Source: Balanoglossus misakiensis (Eukaryota; Animalia; Hemichordata). Taken from it: a stretch of DNA of 64,000 nt. A model generated the notes under the pieces. That model was not told the DNA's origin. It saw only the letters and a program-made list of their open reading frames with translations, and ran no database searches. The translations under genes and the position numbers were made by a program. Location: assembly GCA_040954595.2 (NCBI GenBank), contig CM082590.2:8867764-8931763 (forward strand). Direction: 5' to 3'. This document shows positions 44,548 to 57,065 of the stretch, in pieces (positions within the stretch are counted from its first letter, which is position 1; every line of letters begins with the position of its first letter).

Positions 44548-45933
44548 ATGGCCGATGAAGGGACCAACTTGCAAGCGCTCGTGGAGTGCATGAATTTCGC
44601 AGCGATCAAACACAGGGATCAGCGAAGAAAGGATCCTTTCAAAACACCGTACATCAACCACCCTGTTGGTAAGAAACCATTTCATTTGTTTTCGCGATCT
44701 GTCAGTTTTGAGCTTTCGCGCAAGCTCACAACATCCACAGATCTGGGATCTGGTTCTCTTAGTGGACACGACTATACCCCATGGCAACGATACCATGGCA
44801 ATGAGGGTGAGTTAGGGTTAGGGTTAGGAGGGTTAGGGGTGGCAATGTGAGGGTGAATTTAACCCTAACCCTAACCCTCCTAACCCTAACCCTAAAAAAC
44901 CATATTATCGCCCGTGGAGTATAGTCGTGTCCACTAAGAGAACCAGATCCCAGATCTGTTCCCCCTTGTTGATTTCCGCAATGAACAAGGCCAAGGGACG
45001 CACCACACAAAGCTTGGGTGTGCTTATAGTATAAGACACAGGTACACACAGACTATTTGATGACAGTTTATAATGCACAGCAATGGTGGCGTGTACGTGT
45101 ATATCCACAGTCCCCCCTAATAATCTAGCATTCTGTGCCACACCCCCTTCTTCTACGCACAAGGGGGGGGGGGGGGAGGGGTACTCTGCGTGGTATAGCA
45201 GGGCTGTGGTGTTGTTACCTGTTACGCCTTCCTGTGGTTGGGGGGCTCTGCCAGTAGCAACGCATATCCCTGCCATACAAAGCTACAATTGAATGTGTAC
45301 AATTTGTCTTTAGGAGTCCCAAACTGAATTTCTTGTTCCCTTACACATTATTTTTATCACATTGCAGGTGTTGCTAGAATTTTATCCAAGGAAGCTGGAA
45401 TTTCTGATTTGAAGATTTTACAGGTAAGTTGTCAATGTACTGTCATGTGACATTTCAGTGTCTGTATGCGAGTAGTTCAAAGGTCATCTGTTGCTAAGCA
45501 ACCACCAATCACTGGGCCTTATTCACATTTCAGTTTTATTTTCTCTTAGGCTGCACTGTTACACGACACAGTTGAAGACACCGACACAAAGTTCGAAGAA
45601 ATCGACGAGAATTTCGGCGAAGATGTGAGAAAAATCGTGGCAGAGGTCACCGACGACAAATCTCTTCCAAAGATGACGCGAAAACAGTTGCAAATCGAAC
45701 ATGCGCCGCACATCAGCCGAGAAGCGAAACTCGTCAAGATGGCCGACAAGTTGTACAATCTACGCGACCTGTGTCAGGTCGCGCCCGAGGGATGGACCGC
45801 GGAGAGAGTACAGGACTATTTTCTGTGGGCGGCGAAAGTAGTGAAAGGGCTTCGAGGCGTGAACAAACCCATGGAAGATGCATTGGACGAGATTTTCACA
45901 GAAAAGGGCGTTCTGGCAGAATCTCAACCATAG
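44548..45933 (+). CDS. HDDC3: HD-domain (p)ppGpp hydrolase / NADPH phosphatase MESH1, 3 exons, ~186 aa
   Basis: Exons 44548-44668, 45368-45423, 45550-45933. Motifs: FAAIKHRDQRRKD..TPYINHPVGVARIL, AALLHDTVEDT, EVTDDKSLPK, AKLVKMADKLYNLRDL, GWTAERVQDYFLWA. AATAAA at 46238. Confidence 0.96.
44746..44950. mobile_element. 205-bp MITE with internal telomere-like repeats in HDDC3 intron 1
   Basis: TIR GGATCTGGTTCTCTTAGTGGACACGACTATAC is mirrored at the right end, and both sides are flanked by CAGATCTG. The interior has (TTAGGG)n followed by (CCCTAA)n. Confidence 0.85.
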
Positions 45934-46613
45934 AATCATACTTCTCTCAAAAAATTAAAGGGGCATGTATAGTGCCCAGGGCAAACAATATACCCTTTAT
46001 CTCAAGAACAAAACATATTAGAGATGAAGATGAGACAGTGTAACTCTTCCTATGAATAATGTTGTACATTCATTATATCAACAGGACAGAAAAGAAATTT
46101 AATATTGAATCGGTTATGTTAACTAAGGGTTCTAGATTAAATGGACATAAGCTGTAATTTCTGTCTATTTTTCAGTGTTTTTCTAGTGTATCAAGGACAC
46201 AATGATGTAAATATGTTTTGTGATAAACGGGCAATACAATAAAACAGTATTTAGTATTTATATATAATTGTGTAGGTTTTTATGTCATTTTCAAAAGAAA
46301 ATTTGAACAATCAGACAGAGGAGAGAGAGAGAGAGAAAGAAGAGAGAGGGAGAGAGAGTGAATGAGTGAAAGACTGGGCTCAGAATAATACAAAAGTAAA
46401 AGCACATGCGCAGACACTTTCTTTCACTTCTTAAGGTCATAACCTATGTTTCTATAGAGAAACATGTGACGCGTTCGTGTTTGATTTCCGTGGCTGTTGC
46501 TAGGCATATACAGGTACGTCTATCCGCCATATTTTATACGCAAAGGAGCATTTGTGAGCGGAAGATTTTTTATCGGACACTTTTATTGGTGCTGAGACGT
46601 TCCCTTCTGCGCG

Positions 46614-46727
46614 ATGAACTCCAATCGGAAACGGCGTAGGGAACCACGTGGACCAGCATTGGCTGGAGGTACGTCTTTGGCGAGAGTGGGCGTGTATGTA
46701 TGTGTGTGCGTCAGAGAGAGAGAGGGG

Positions 46728-46796
<69 letters not shown>

Positions 46797-47401
46797 CAGC
46801 TATTAAAAGACAGACAGCGAGGCGAGAGAGAGAGAAAGAAAGGAGAGAGAGAAGGAGAGAAAGAGAGAGACAAAATGTGTGTGTGTGTGTGTGTGGGAGG
46901 GAGTGGGTGGGTGGGTGGTTCGGGGGTTTCATATAAATCTGGTTATTCACACATTTTGACTTTTTTGTAGATTTGCAGGATTCTCACGGAGGCTATGCTC
47001 TGACGATTTACGATGGGATGCGCGCAAATCTGGCTAAATTGGTCGGCGGAAGCGGGAAGACCCTTTTCATTGCCAACTTCGCTGGAGACAGCACAAATCG
47101 TCAGATCAACATCAATTTCACGTACTCGATTACGTCCTACATGAAAGGGACGGCTGTAGCCACCGTTGACCGCGTCGCGCAGAAGGAGGGCGAACAATGG
47201 AAGATCTTCGACTACCCGGTCCCCGGGGGAGGTCAGAGCCTTCTTGCATCGGCGAACCGAATGACCTTGCAGTACTTTGACACTAAAAATGTCATCGAGG
47301 GTCACGTGTTTCAAGGGGGTAAGGAGCTCTTGATGTTCGAGATCGCAGTCCGTCCGGGATACATACGTACAGATGAAGATGAAACTGAAGATACAGATTA
47401 G
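46614..47401 (+). CDS. Unrecognised two-exon protein, ~161 aa, basic N-terminus and acidic C-terminus
   Basis: Exon 1 is 46614-46668 (MNSNRKRRREPRGPALAG, donor GAG|GTACGT, phase 1). It joins in frame to the acceptor TTTTTTGTAG at 46970 and exon 2, 46971-47401. There is an in-frame TGA upstream of the ATG, GC-richer coding-like composition, and AATAAA at 47571. Confidence 0.72.
46713..46920. repeat. (GA)n/(GATA)n/(GT)n microsatellites filling the intron of the unrecognised gene
   Basis: Read directly from the sequence. Confidence 0.92.
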
Positions 47402-49379
47402 GGTAGCATATACACGTTGGACTGAACAGAGTAAATGCTATTTGCATGAATCTCAAATTTATTGATGATATATTCAAGATATGTGTATAGTTTGTGATAA
47501 TTTCTGGTGGTGCTTATTGGTGCTTTGTGTCTTGTCAAAAGTTTGTTTACGCTGACCAGAAAAGTGTTATAATAAAATAATTAATTTGAAATTTCTATGC
47601 ATAAAACTTTCTCGTTTTTCGTTGAGATATCATTGTGCATCTTTCTAGAAAGCTTCTTTTTGTTCGTCAATTTTGCAATAACTATTCATTGAATATATCG
47701 AGAAGTGGGGCTGTGGTAATAATAATGTTTTATTTATCCAAATAATAAAGATACATATTGTAAAAGCAAAATATTATCTCATGGTGGGTAAATATTGAGT
47801 CAGGAAATAGCTACAGACGTCCCTAACGCTTGTCGAACAAAGTAACAATAATATTGGCCTGTAGAGGGCAGGATTCATAACTATGGTGATTGATTTGCAT
47901 GTGATTTACATAATTTATGTGATTTGCGGTAAATTTGACAAGAAAGCAGACGACACCTGTACATCAACGCTTTTACTCCAAAAACTTTGAAACACGAAGA
48001 GGAATACACGTCATATTTGCAAACCACATCAAGCGATAGATAAAATTCTTTCCGGTAAGTGTCTACAAGCGTAATTTCAGACTGAAATGATCCACATTGA
48101 AGCAAGTATTACTATTTTTGTGTAGTGAGCGGTCGACGCGCGCGTGCCTGCGCGCGGGGGTCCATCTTGTTTGTTACATGTGTTATGTGGGGGGCACACA
48201 CGTGCTGATCCCGCAAACAATTTAAGGTACCCCATTTTACTAGAACTTTACAACAAAATGATCATGACCTGTATAATAGGGGTAGAAATTAACACAAATA
48301 TTGTTTCCTACCCATTTATTCATTTAGATAAAAAGTGAAAAGTGGCAGTGAATTATTATGAAATGATAAGTGAATAGACGCTCAGACTTTTGTGCATAAG
48401 AATCTTTCAGTTTTAATCAAACGTTGGAAAAAGGCCTACATCAGAAATAAGCTTATTTTGCCTACAAACGAGTGATGGTGCACTATATCGCCCTCAGTGG
48501 GCATATAGAAATGATGTTACTCATTGATGGCAATCACAACGCATTGAAAGCTGGCAAACCCGAATGTAGAATGAGTTCGTTTTGGAGAATGACCTCTAGG
48601 ACGCTCCCATCCATCCGGTGTCAAATTCTACATCACGTACCGAAATCCCCACGAACATCATTTGAAACCGACATATAAACAAGAGATCCTTGATTTTGTA
48701 AAATGCTAACGTTTCTCTGCTATACTTATAATATTATGATAGACTTGACCATGGTTTAAAAGGGTGGTCAGGTTATGTTTACAAGGGGAAAGTTAAAGTA
48801 CTTCGATTTAAGATGCGGCTAACATATATTTCAAGCTTTCATTTAATCATTGTGGACTTACAAAGGGGGTTTTTGTGTTAGATCCCGCCAGGACATAAAA
48901 TCCCTTCTTTACAGACATTGTTATTTAAATCTAAGGTACTAAACCCTCCCATTCGACAATGTAATTGACCCAAGTAGACTATTGGTGCTATAACTCATTG
49001 AATATCCGTTGTTTTGGTCCGACTGGTCTAGGTTTTGACTGGAAGAATTAGCCTTAGTGACCGCAAACTTTTGTTTTTTTCTCCCCAGATGGATTTTTCT
49101 GACTGGAGTCATCGTGTTTAAACATTCAAATTGTGTTGTACCACGTGGTCATCTTAACTGCCGGGGAGTTGTCGAGGAGTGTGTGTACATAGCGCGACGT
49201 GGGGCCTTCTACACAGTCTTGCCACTGGCGGAGCTAAATCGACGCATTTCTGTCAAAAATCGGGATTCCCCCCTTGATCGATCGGGACTGGATTATCAAT
49301 GACCACAGACAGAATCGGGTGATTTACGATTGTACCCCCGATTAAACGGAATTATTATCTGCGAGGCTAAATGTGAAGT

Positions 49380-49464
49380 CGAGTGATCGACCCGTGTTCA
49401 TATCAGGTGGTCGATTTCTGTACGCGGTTTTTTCACCGTTCACCAACTCAACACCGAGGCCAAG
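49380..49464 (+). other. Candidate non-coding first exon of coronin
   Basis: Consensus donor AAG|GTGAGT at 49464/49465 inside a CpG-rich region (about 49150-49700). The 5' end is approximate. Confidence 0.45.
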
Positions 49465-50733
49465 GTGAGTTGTTTACTCGGGTTTAGACATCGTTCAGAC
49501 TTCTGATCAGCGATCGTCACACTACCTTAACTCAATTAATGCCTGATTGATCATTTTAACACCGTTTGAGGATTAAAATATTACATTAAACCGAAGCCGC
49601 CGGGAAAAAATCGCAGAGGGGTACGGTCGATAGCTCCGTTGCCGGGAAGCATTGCACCAATGACCGTGACATTTATCGATGGTACCTGGATCAAAACCTG
49701 ATGCGTTTTATCAAAAATTTCGATCAACATTTCAGTGACATCACTAAAACGAAATACCTAAACCCCCACCCTGTGCGTTTCTATAACCGACACGTTTATT
49801 TATTTAAGTTTAGTTATTTTTAAACGCGATACAAAGCTCGCTTGCTTTCAGTTGGTTACAGCTCAGTGAAAGTAGCCAAGCTAACCTGACGAACGGAAGT
49901 GTAATTCATGGAATTGACAACGGATCTGGGCGTGGGAATTGCTCTAATAAAGAAAAAAAATGTGATGTCGTGGCTTTTTAACAACGTCAAACCTGTCTTA
50001 CGTGACCAGTCCACGACTGGCCATAAATTAAACGCCATATACTGGCTACCGTGCTAAAAATAACAACCATTTTATGAATTTAATAAAATATGCAATTTCC
50101 ATTGCACTCTGTTAATATTCAGTAAGGTGTGACCCTTATTAACATAACTGTTTTACAAATTACTAAATTACGAAATTATTTCACATTAATTATAAAACCT
50201 GAAACAGGACATGACAAAATCACAGCAGTTAGTGTAGTCTAGCAGTAATGTTTTTAGTTTCATAGTAATGGTATTTTCTAAAGATGAAAACTAGGTCATA
50301 ATATTTGTCTGTAGACATCAAATGCTTGATTTTTTTCTCTCTCATAAAATGCTAAATTTGTTATGGTTCTGTGAACTGATTTTGCGGTTGTCAGTTTTTT
50401 TTTAATAATCTGTCCAGCAACTTTTAGGTTCAACAAGAAACAGAATACCCACCTCGGACGTGCAATGAACATAATAATATGCATGAGTTGACCTGAAGTG
50501 TTTAATGACCTCTGCGCTGCCTGCCACACCCATCTCTTGAGTTTAAAGGTTATTGTAACCTGATCGCTGAAATTCGTCGGCAGCCATTGCTACCCACAGT
50601 CGCCAGTGACTGGATAATTTTCGCGTGTACTAACCCATCCATTGACCGGATTTCGCGTCACCAGATCCCAAGCGAGGTTTTTGAACGGAAGTGTTGTTTT
50701 GTTTGTGGGTTTTTGACCACCGGGTGTGACAAA

Positions 50734-50763
50734 ATGGGCGAACAGGAAGACGGTGGTGAGGAG
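50734..50763 (+). CDS. Candidate alternative first coding exon of coronin (MGEQEDGGEE)
   Basis: AAAATGG start, 30 nt long, donor GAG|GTAAAT. Phase 0 matches the acceptor immediately before ATG 53736. It is preceded by a CpG-rich stretch with a CGGAAGT (ETS-like) motif. Confidence 0.55.
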
Positions 50764-52189
50764 GTAAATATCCGTTTAGAAAATTTCACTTGCATAGGGA
50801 CCCGGACGTGGGCAAGAAATTACAGGTTGACCATTTCCTCGTTTGAATTTCCCCCTACCCCTTGAGAAATTATCCTAGATGAGATACTGAAATGATCAAA
50901 ACTAGACTCTTCTTGAAACTTTATGATCACTAAACGATAGTCTTCTGTCTTAACTTACCTAATCGCTTGCATTGGCATAAAAAAATCTACCTTGTGAAAA
51001 AAGACCTGCGTTCCAAAAACTTGTTCTTGTGTTGAATGTTTACCCTAATGACATTTTCTTGAAAGAAAATGTTTGCACACCCCCCAGGAACCTCTCAGAC
51101 TTTAAGTAAACAAACAGGTCAGCTAATGAGGGGAGATATTAGAGTTAATCTTCTTGAGTGACCTCGTATGAACTGAGGGAGTGAAAGAGGGGGCTTACAG
51201 CTTCACCCACAATAATCTTAAAGTTTTAGAACTAGGTGTGAGCAAACAATGGTTTATGTCTGTGATTTGTGATAGTCATTGACCGTTTGTGTATTTCAAA
51301 ATGATTGAAAAATAATGCGATGTAAAATAGATGAATAGTCCATCTCGAAAGACATCTTTGACTAGCACTTTCCATGACGCATACTATTATATTCTTAGTC
51401 ATAACTTGATGTCTTGTCTTTGGTTTGACCTCTGACCTCCACGGATGTTAAACTCATCATTCAGTCATCAGACGAAAACGCATTTCAGAAAGTTAGCCTA
51501 ACATCCCCTTTTTTTTCAACGTACAAACTATAGTTTGACTGAAAGCAGATAGAAAATTCATATATTGAAGGTGTGTCCACACTTGAGGACAAAAATTTCG
51601 GGTATTTGCCAGAATATGCAAATGTTGACATTATAATTTTTCCACTGTAGCTGAATATAATAGATGTGTTTGACTCGAGGGTATTTTTCTAAATTATAGG
51701 GTGTGTTCGGACCATCTGTTGGTGCATTCTTGCTAGAGAAGAGATATATATTGTTATATAGAGGTGGCCACTAACACAGGTTTGACTGGTTTTAAGGTTT
51801 TGAGAATCATAAGCCATCTTCACAGTTGACAGGATATGTAGGGCAAGTCACATTCAAAGTTGGCTTGTCACAGAAATTAATGATTAAACTCACAATGCGG
51901 GGGAATGTAGGGGACCAGTTCAACCATGACGTATCGTTCACACCCGCGTTCGTTTTATGAGACCATTCTTTGAGTCAGACCCTGCCAAGACCAAGCCACT
52001 ATACCACCCAGATGTTCTTGAAGTCAGATGACATGAATGGGAATCTGTCCTATCAATGACTTTGCTATTTCACCTTTGACCCCTTTGCAAGCAGAACCTT
52101 TTGACCACCTCCAACTTTCTACAGGAAAGATGGGTATTGAATGTTCAAACTGGTTGTAAATATTAAACTTGTCAGCCACTATACATTAA

Positions 52190-52274
52190 CCCTTTTGCCA
52201 CCATGGTTTGGTCCAAATTCATTGTCTTATATGGTAAAGTCGGACATCTCTAGAAGGAAATAGGGGTGGAAGGG
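52190..52274. mobile_element. 85-bp family B mini-element (opposite orientation)
   Basis: TTAA|CCCTTTTGCCACCATGGTTTGGTCCA...GGGGTGGAAGGG|TTAG. Confidence 0.75.
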
Positions 52275-53735
52275 TTAGGATTGGAATTTGAGTTTCCTGA
52301 GCAATTTCATCTCCACATTATTTTGATTTTGATTTATTGCGAGGAAATTGACACAATATATACACAACTTTCATCAGTTCAGATCATGACTGGAAAGAAC
52401 TATTCTGTTACTACAGAAACCGTCCTAAATCGGAAACTACCATTTTATGGAGTTTCAATGTCTCACAGCCCTCCTGGGCTGTTAAATTAACATTTCGACC
52501 CTCCAGAACAGTTAGATGACAGAGGCCTGGTTGTTTTATCATGAATAACCATGTATTGACACATATTACATTGATTGTGTAATCTGTGAATGGGGTCTTT
52601 ATGCTGTACATCATGTATTGACTAAATGGAAACAATGTTTCAATATAATGACAATACATTTCTGTGTTAATCATGTCTCATGACTTTATCGTGAAATTAT
52701 ACAAAAAATCTCAGATTTTGTAAAAGAAATTCTGTCGAATAATCCAAAGTTTCTGTCTACTCTTCCATTCTCCATAAGAATTTAATGGTCAGTGTAACAT
52801 TATGGTAAAACTAATGTTATGTAAATTGATTTTATTTTCCTCATAAATATAAAATGACATGACTTATGGATTTTCTGTAGTCATTAATTTTTATTCCTGC
52901 AGAGAGGAAATTGGAGGAATTAATTTTGGCAATCAATTGTTCCAACAATAAAAGGAGCGAATTTAATTTCTTGGTAAATGCACCAATGATGATTGGGTAC
53001 GCAATGTGAAATTAAAATACCTTTACATTTTGTAATTATCATGTAATAGCCATCTCACTAGAGAAATGGACCTTGGTGATCACGTATACCGGTATATATT
53101 TCCAAAAAATGTTTTATGACTTGCACTGAAATATGTACTATGCTTTGTATTAAAAACATGGCAGAATTCTGCCATCTTGAAAGTCTATCGACTACAAAAA
53201 CTTAGCTGATTATAGAGTAGTGAAAATTCACCGGCCAACTATATTTCCGGTCTGTTGGTTTCATAAGTAGTTTTCATAAACGCAAATCATCGCGCTCCAG
53301 GGGGGCGTATTATCTTTCCTTGGTCCTGAATTCTTTTTCCTCCAGTGATGGTGTTAAATAACAAAGATTTTGAAAGAGGCAGGGTTATTGTCATGATCAG
53401 ATAGTCTAGGATGTGTTGTATGACAACATTAGCTCTGTCTTGACTATAATTGTATGTGTAATCAAAAGTGAAAACAGAATCTATGGCTGACTTCAAGGGA
53501 ATGTGCTCAGTTAACATAATGTTTCTCAGCAAGGAAAATACTGTATACTAGGCCATTAACTGGCAAGTTCTAATTCTGTGTGTAGTTATTTGGTTGTTTT
53601 TTTAGCAGAGCCAGTAAGTTCTGACTTAAAAACAAAAGAATTTTATACCAAAAAAGTTCATTGACTGGACAAATGATAACTCTAAGATAATACTGATGTT
53701 CTATTAACATTTTTATATTTTGCGTTTTTTTACAG

Positions 53736-56700
53736 ATGCCCTTTTTTCGTGGAATACGCACCTCTAAGTACAGACACGTGTACGGAAACCCAACACGGAA
53801 AGAAAAATGCTTCGAAAATGTCAAAATCACGAGAAACGCGCACGACAGCAACTTCTGCGCAGTCAACCCGAAGTTCATGGCTGTCGTCACGGAGACGGCG
53901 GGCGGAGGATCGTTCCTGGTGTTGCCGCTTTACAAGGTAGGTTGTCATGGAAACACGAGGATGTCATCCCAGAAATGGAACTTTGCAAGGTGCTGGCGAT
54001 GGGTTAGAATCTTCACAAAGATATATGCATACTTGTATATATGTTTTGCAGAAACATTTTAACCCGTTCGCCCCATTTCTGGAATACGGGTCCACCCTCT
54101 CCCGGGAAATAATGTGTTTAACCCTTTCACCCCCAGTTCCCTCTATAGAGGTCCAAATTTACCATAGAAAGCTATGGATGTGGACCAAACCATGGTGGTG
54201 AAAGGGTTAAACGAACTCGTGGCTGTGAAAATGATTATATGGACTTAAAGGGACAAAGTCTCTCTCTTGCTGCCCTTTCTCTGTTAATTATGTTTGATAC
54301 AAGACACCGTTTGTTATTCTACATGTGGATATATAGTGAATCAACGTTCAACCATACACAACTTCCATACCTCTTATAGACAGGAGAGTGAAAAAACTTG
54401 CCAAAATGAATAATCGTTCTTTACCATTTATTCATTTTGGGCGAGTTTTTACTCTCATATCATACAAGTGGGATGGAAGTTGTGTGTGGTTGAACGTTGA
54501 TTCACTATATATCCACATGTACATTAACATAAACAGTGTCTAGTATCAAACATAATTAATGGAAAAAGGGCAGCGAGAGAGAGACTTTGTCCTGGGAGGT
54601 GTGTGTGGTCGAACGTTGATTCACTATATATCCACATGTAGAATAACATAAACGGTGTCTTGTATCAAACATAATTAATGGAAAAGGGGCAGCGAGAGAG
54701 AGACTTTGTCCTGGGAGGTGTGTGTGGTCGAACGTTGATTCACTATATATCCACATGTAGAATAACATAAACGGTGTCTTGTATCAAACATAATTAATGG
54801 AAAAGGGGCAGCGAGAGAGAGACTTTGTCCGTTTAAATGTAGGGTGTAGTGGCCTGTCTGTTGAGAGAGTTTACAACTAAGCCAGATTAATAACCCAAAT
54901 AAAAGTTAGACCAAGCTGACATCAAAGATGGCCGCCGTCATACCGCTATGTCTGTCTACACGGCGCTGTGATCACCGACAATACTGAACTTGAGGTGTAA
55001 AACTATTCACGCCAACGCCCATTTGACACGACGTGACCCGATTGTCCCGAGAATGCAAAAAAAAAAAACCAGGGTGTGATACTCATGGAAGGCAGAAAAA
55101 TGCTAAAAATTTAAAGTTTTGTTTTGGTATGTGGGACTTGTTTTAAAAAGTAGTATGGGAACACCCTATTTTCTCTCTATCTTTGCATTTAAAGTGAAGG
55201 GGTCATCGAGCCGCATTTGTTTGTTTATAAACATTATAATTCATCCACAAATCCCCGAAATTAGATCATTCTGAGAATGAACAAATCAGCCAACCGTAGC
55301 GTAGACTGGGCATGACAGCAACTGAAGATCCTAGTAGTGGGGTGCAGTGGGGTTTGTGCTGGTATGGGAGGACATATTCTCATCAAGGGGGACACCCACG
55401 CGACGCGATGACCCCTTCCCTTTAAAATTCATTGATGTAGTACAACATGTACACAAATCAGAAAAATTAAAATATTCTAAATGTCGAGTGGACCTTAAGT
55501 TCAATTTGTAGATATAGTGCCCATTTTCTGTAGCATACATATTTCAAATTTTGTCTACATGAAGTGTGTACTATATTAAGTACATATGGTGACCTCCACA
55601 AACAGGTGTTCTGTATTGTGTAGGTCACAACATATTGATATGATTGGGTATATCACGATTTAGCCCAAATAGATTTCACATGAAACATATAGTTTCATAT
55701 GCCGTTTTCTAAAAAGATGAAAACAGATTGATTTCATTCAGGAAATAGTCTGATGTGTATATTTCATTATACAGATTTCATTCAGATAGTCTCCCTTGAT
55801 GTCAAGGTTAATACTGAATAAACAGCGACGGCTGGGGCATTGCTAAATGAATATAATATTGACAGCTGTCATACTGAACTTGCGGGGATTAAAATATCTT
55901 GTACCTCAGATTTTTTTTAGGAGGGGGGCAAAGCGTGTGATGCAGTAAAATATTGATTTTCTGTCAAAGCTCACTGATAACATTTTGTTCTGATTTTAGT
56001 AGTGTAAATACATCAAACCATTTCAACCCATCATTTGTGATGTTGTACTGTTTAGTGTAGTATGACTCATGCATTTAAATATTTTATGAGATGGCTCGAT
56101 ACTTATAATATCTCTCTGAGTGAACCTCGTATTTTTGAGGTCACAAGCATCAAGTAGCTTGCAACACAAGGCTAACACAGAACAAAGGCAGTCTTTATTT
56201 TGAGACATAGAATCATTCGTCTGTTTCATATGAGCAGGATCTATGCATCATTTCTCTTAGGGACAAAGTCTCTCTCTCGCTGCCCTTTTTCAATTAATTA
56301 TGTTTGATACAAGACACCGTTTATGTTATTCTACATGTGAGATGTAGTGAATCAACGTTTGACCACACACAACTTCCATCCCGCTTGCAGAATATGAGAG
56401 TAAAAATCTCGACAAAGTGAATAAATGGTAAAGACCAATTATTCATTTTGGCAAGCTTTATCACTCTCGTGTCTACAAGCTGGATGGAAGGTGTGTGTGG
56501 TTGAACGTTGATTCACAATTAAATCCACAACCAGGGTCAGATTATACGAGATCAAATTTTGCAGTTCCTTAGACAACAGTTGGCAAAGCTTATCAGATGA
56601 TAGTAACACAGTTTAATCTAATCATTTGACCCAGATGCAATGCAAATAGTGAAGACAAAACTGGTGGCTCTGTCCAGTGGCCTTTGACCCCCAGATATTA

Positions 56701-56903
56701 TCTTAGAGGGCACCAACCTAATACGGCACTTTGTCAGACAAAGGAATATTGAGTCTCTGTTTCCCATTTTTTGGCTATTGTCAGTTACGTTTATTTACTG
56801 TACCTGTAAAGTTCGGAGAGAAACATAGACTTGTGTCGTTTTGGCCGATGTTTTATGTATGTCATCATCATCTCCATCATCATCATCATCATCATCGCCA
56901 TCG

Positions 56904-56952
<49 letters not shown>

Positions 56953-57025
56953 TATCATCATCATCATCATCATCATTATCACCACCACCACCACTATCAT
57001 CATCACCACCACCACCACCACCACT

Positions 57026-57065
<40 letters not shown>

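Noticed and set aside
44810-44894. Ancient chromosome fusion site
   Set aside because: The repeats are few and lie inside a TIR-bounded element within an intron of an intact gene.
44548-45933. Bacterial SpoT/ppGpp gene by horizontal transfer or contamination
   Set aside because: It has spliceosomal introns and matches the well-known metazoan MESH1 family.
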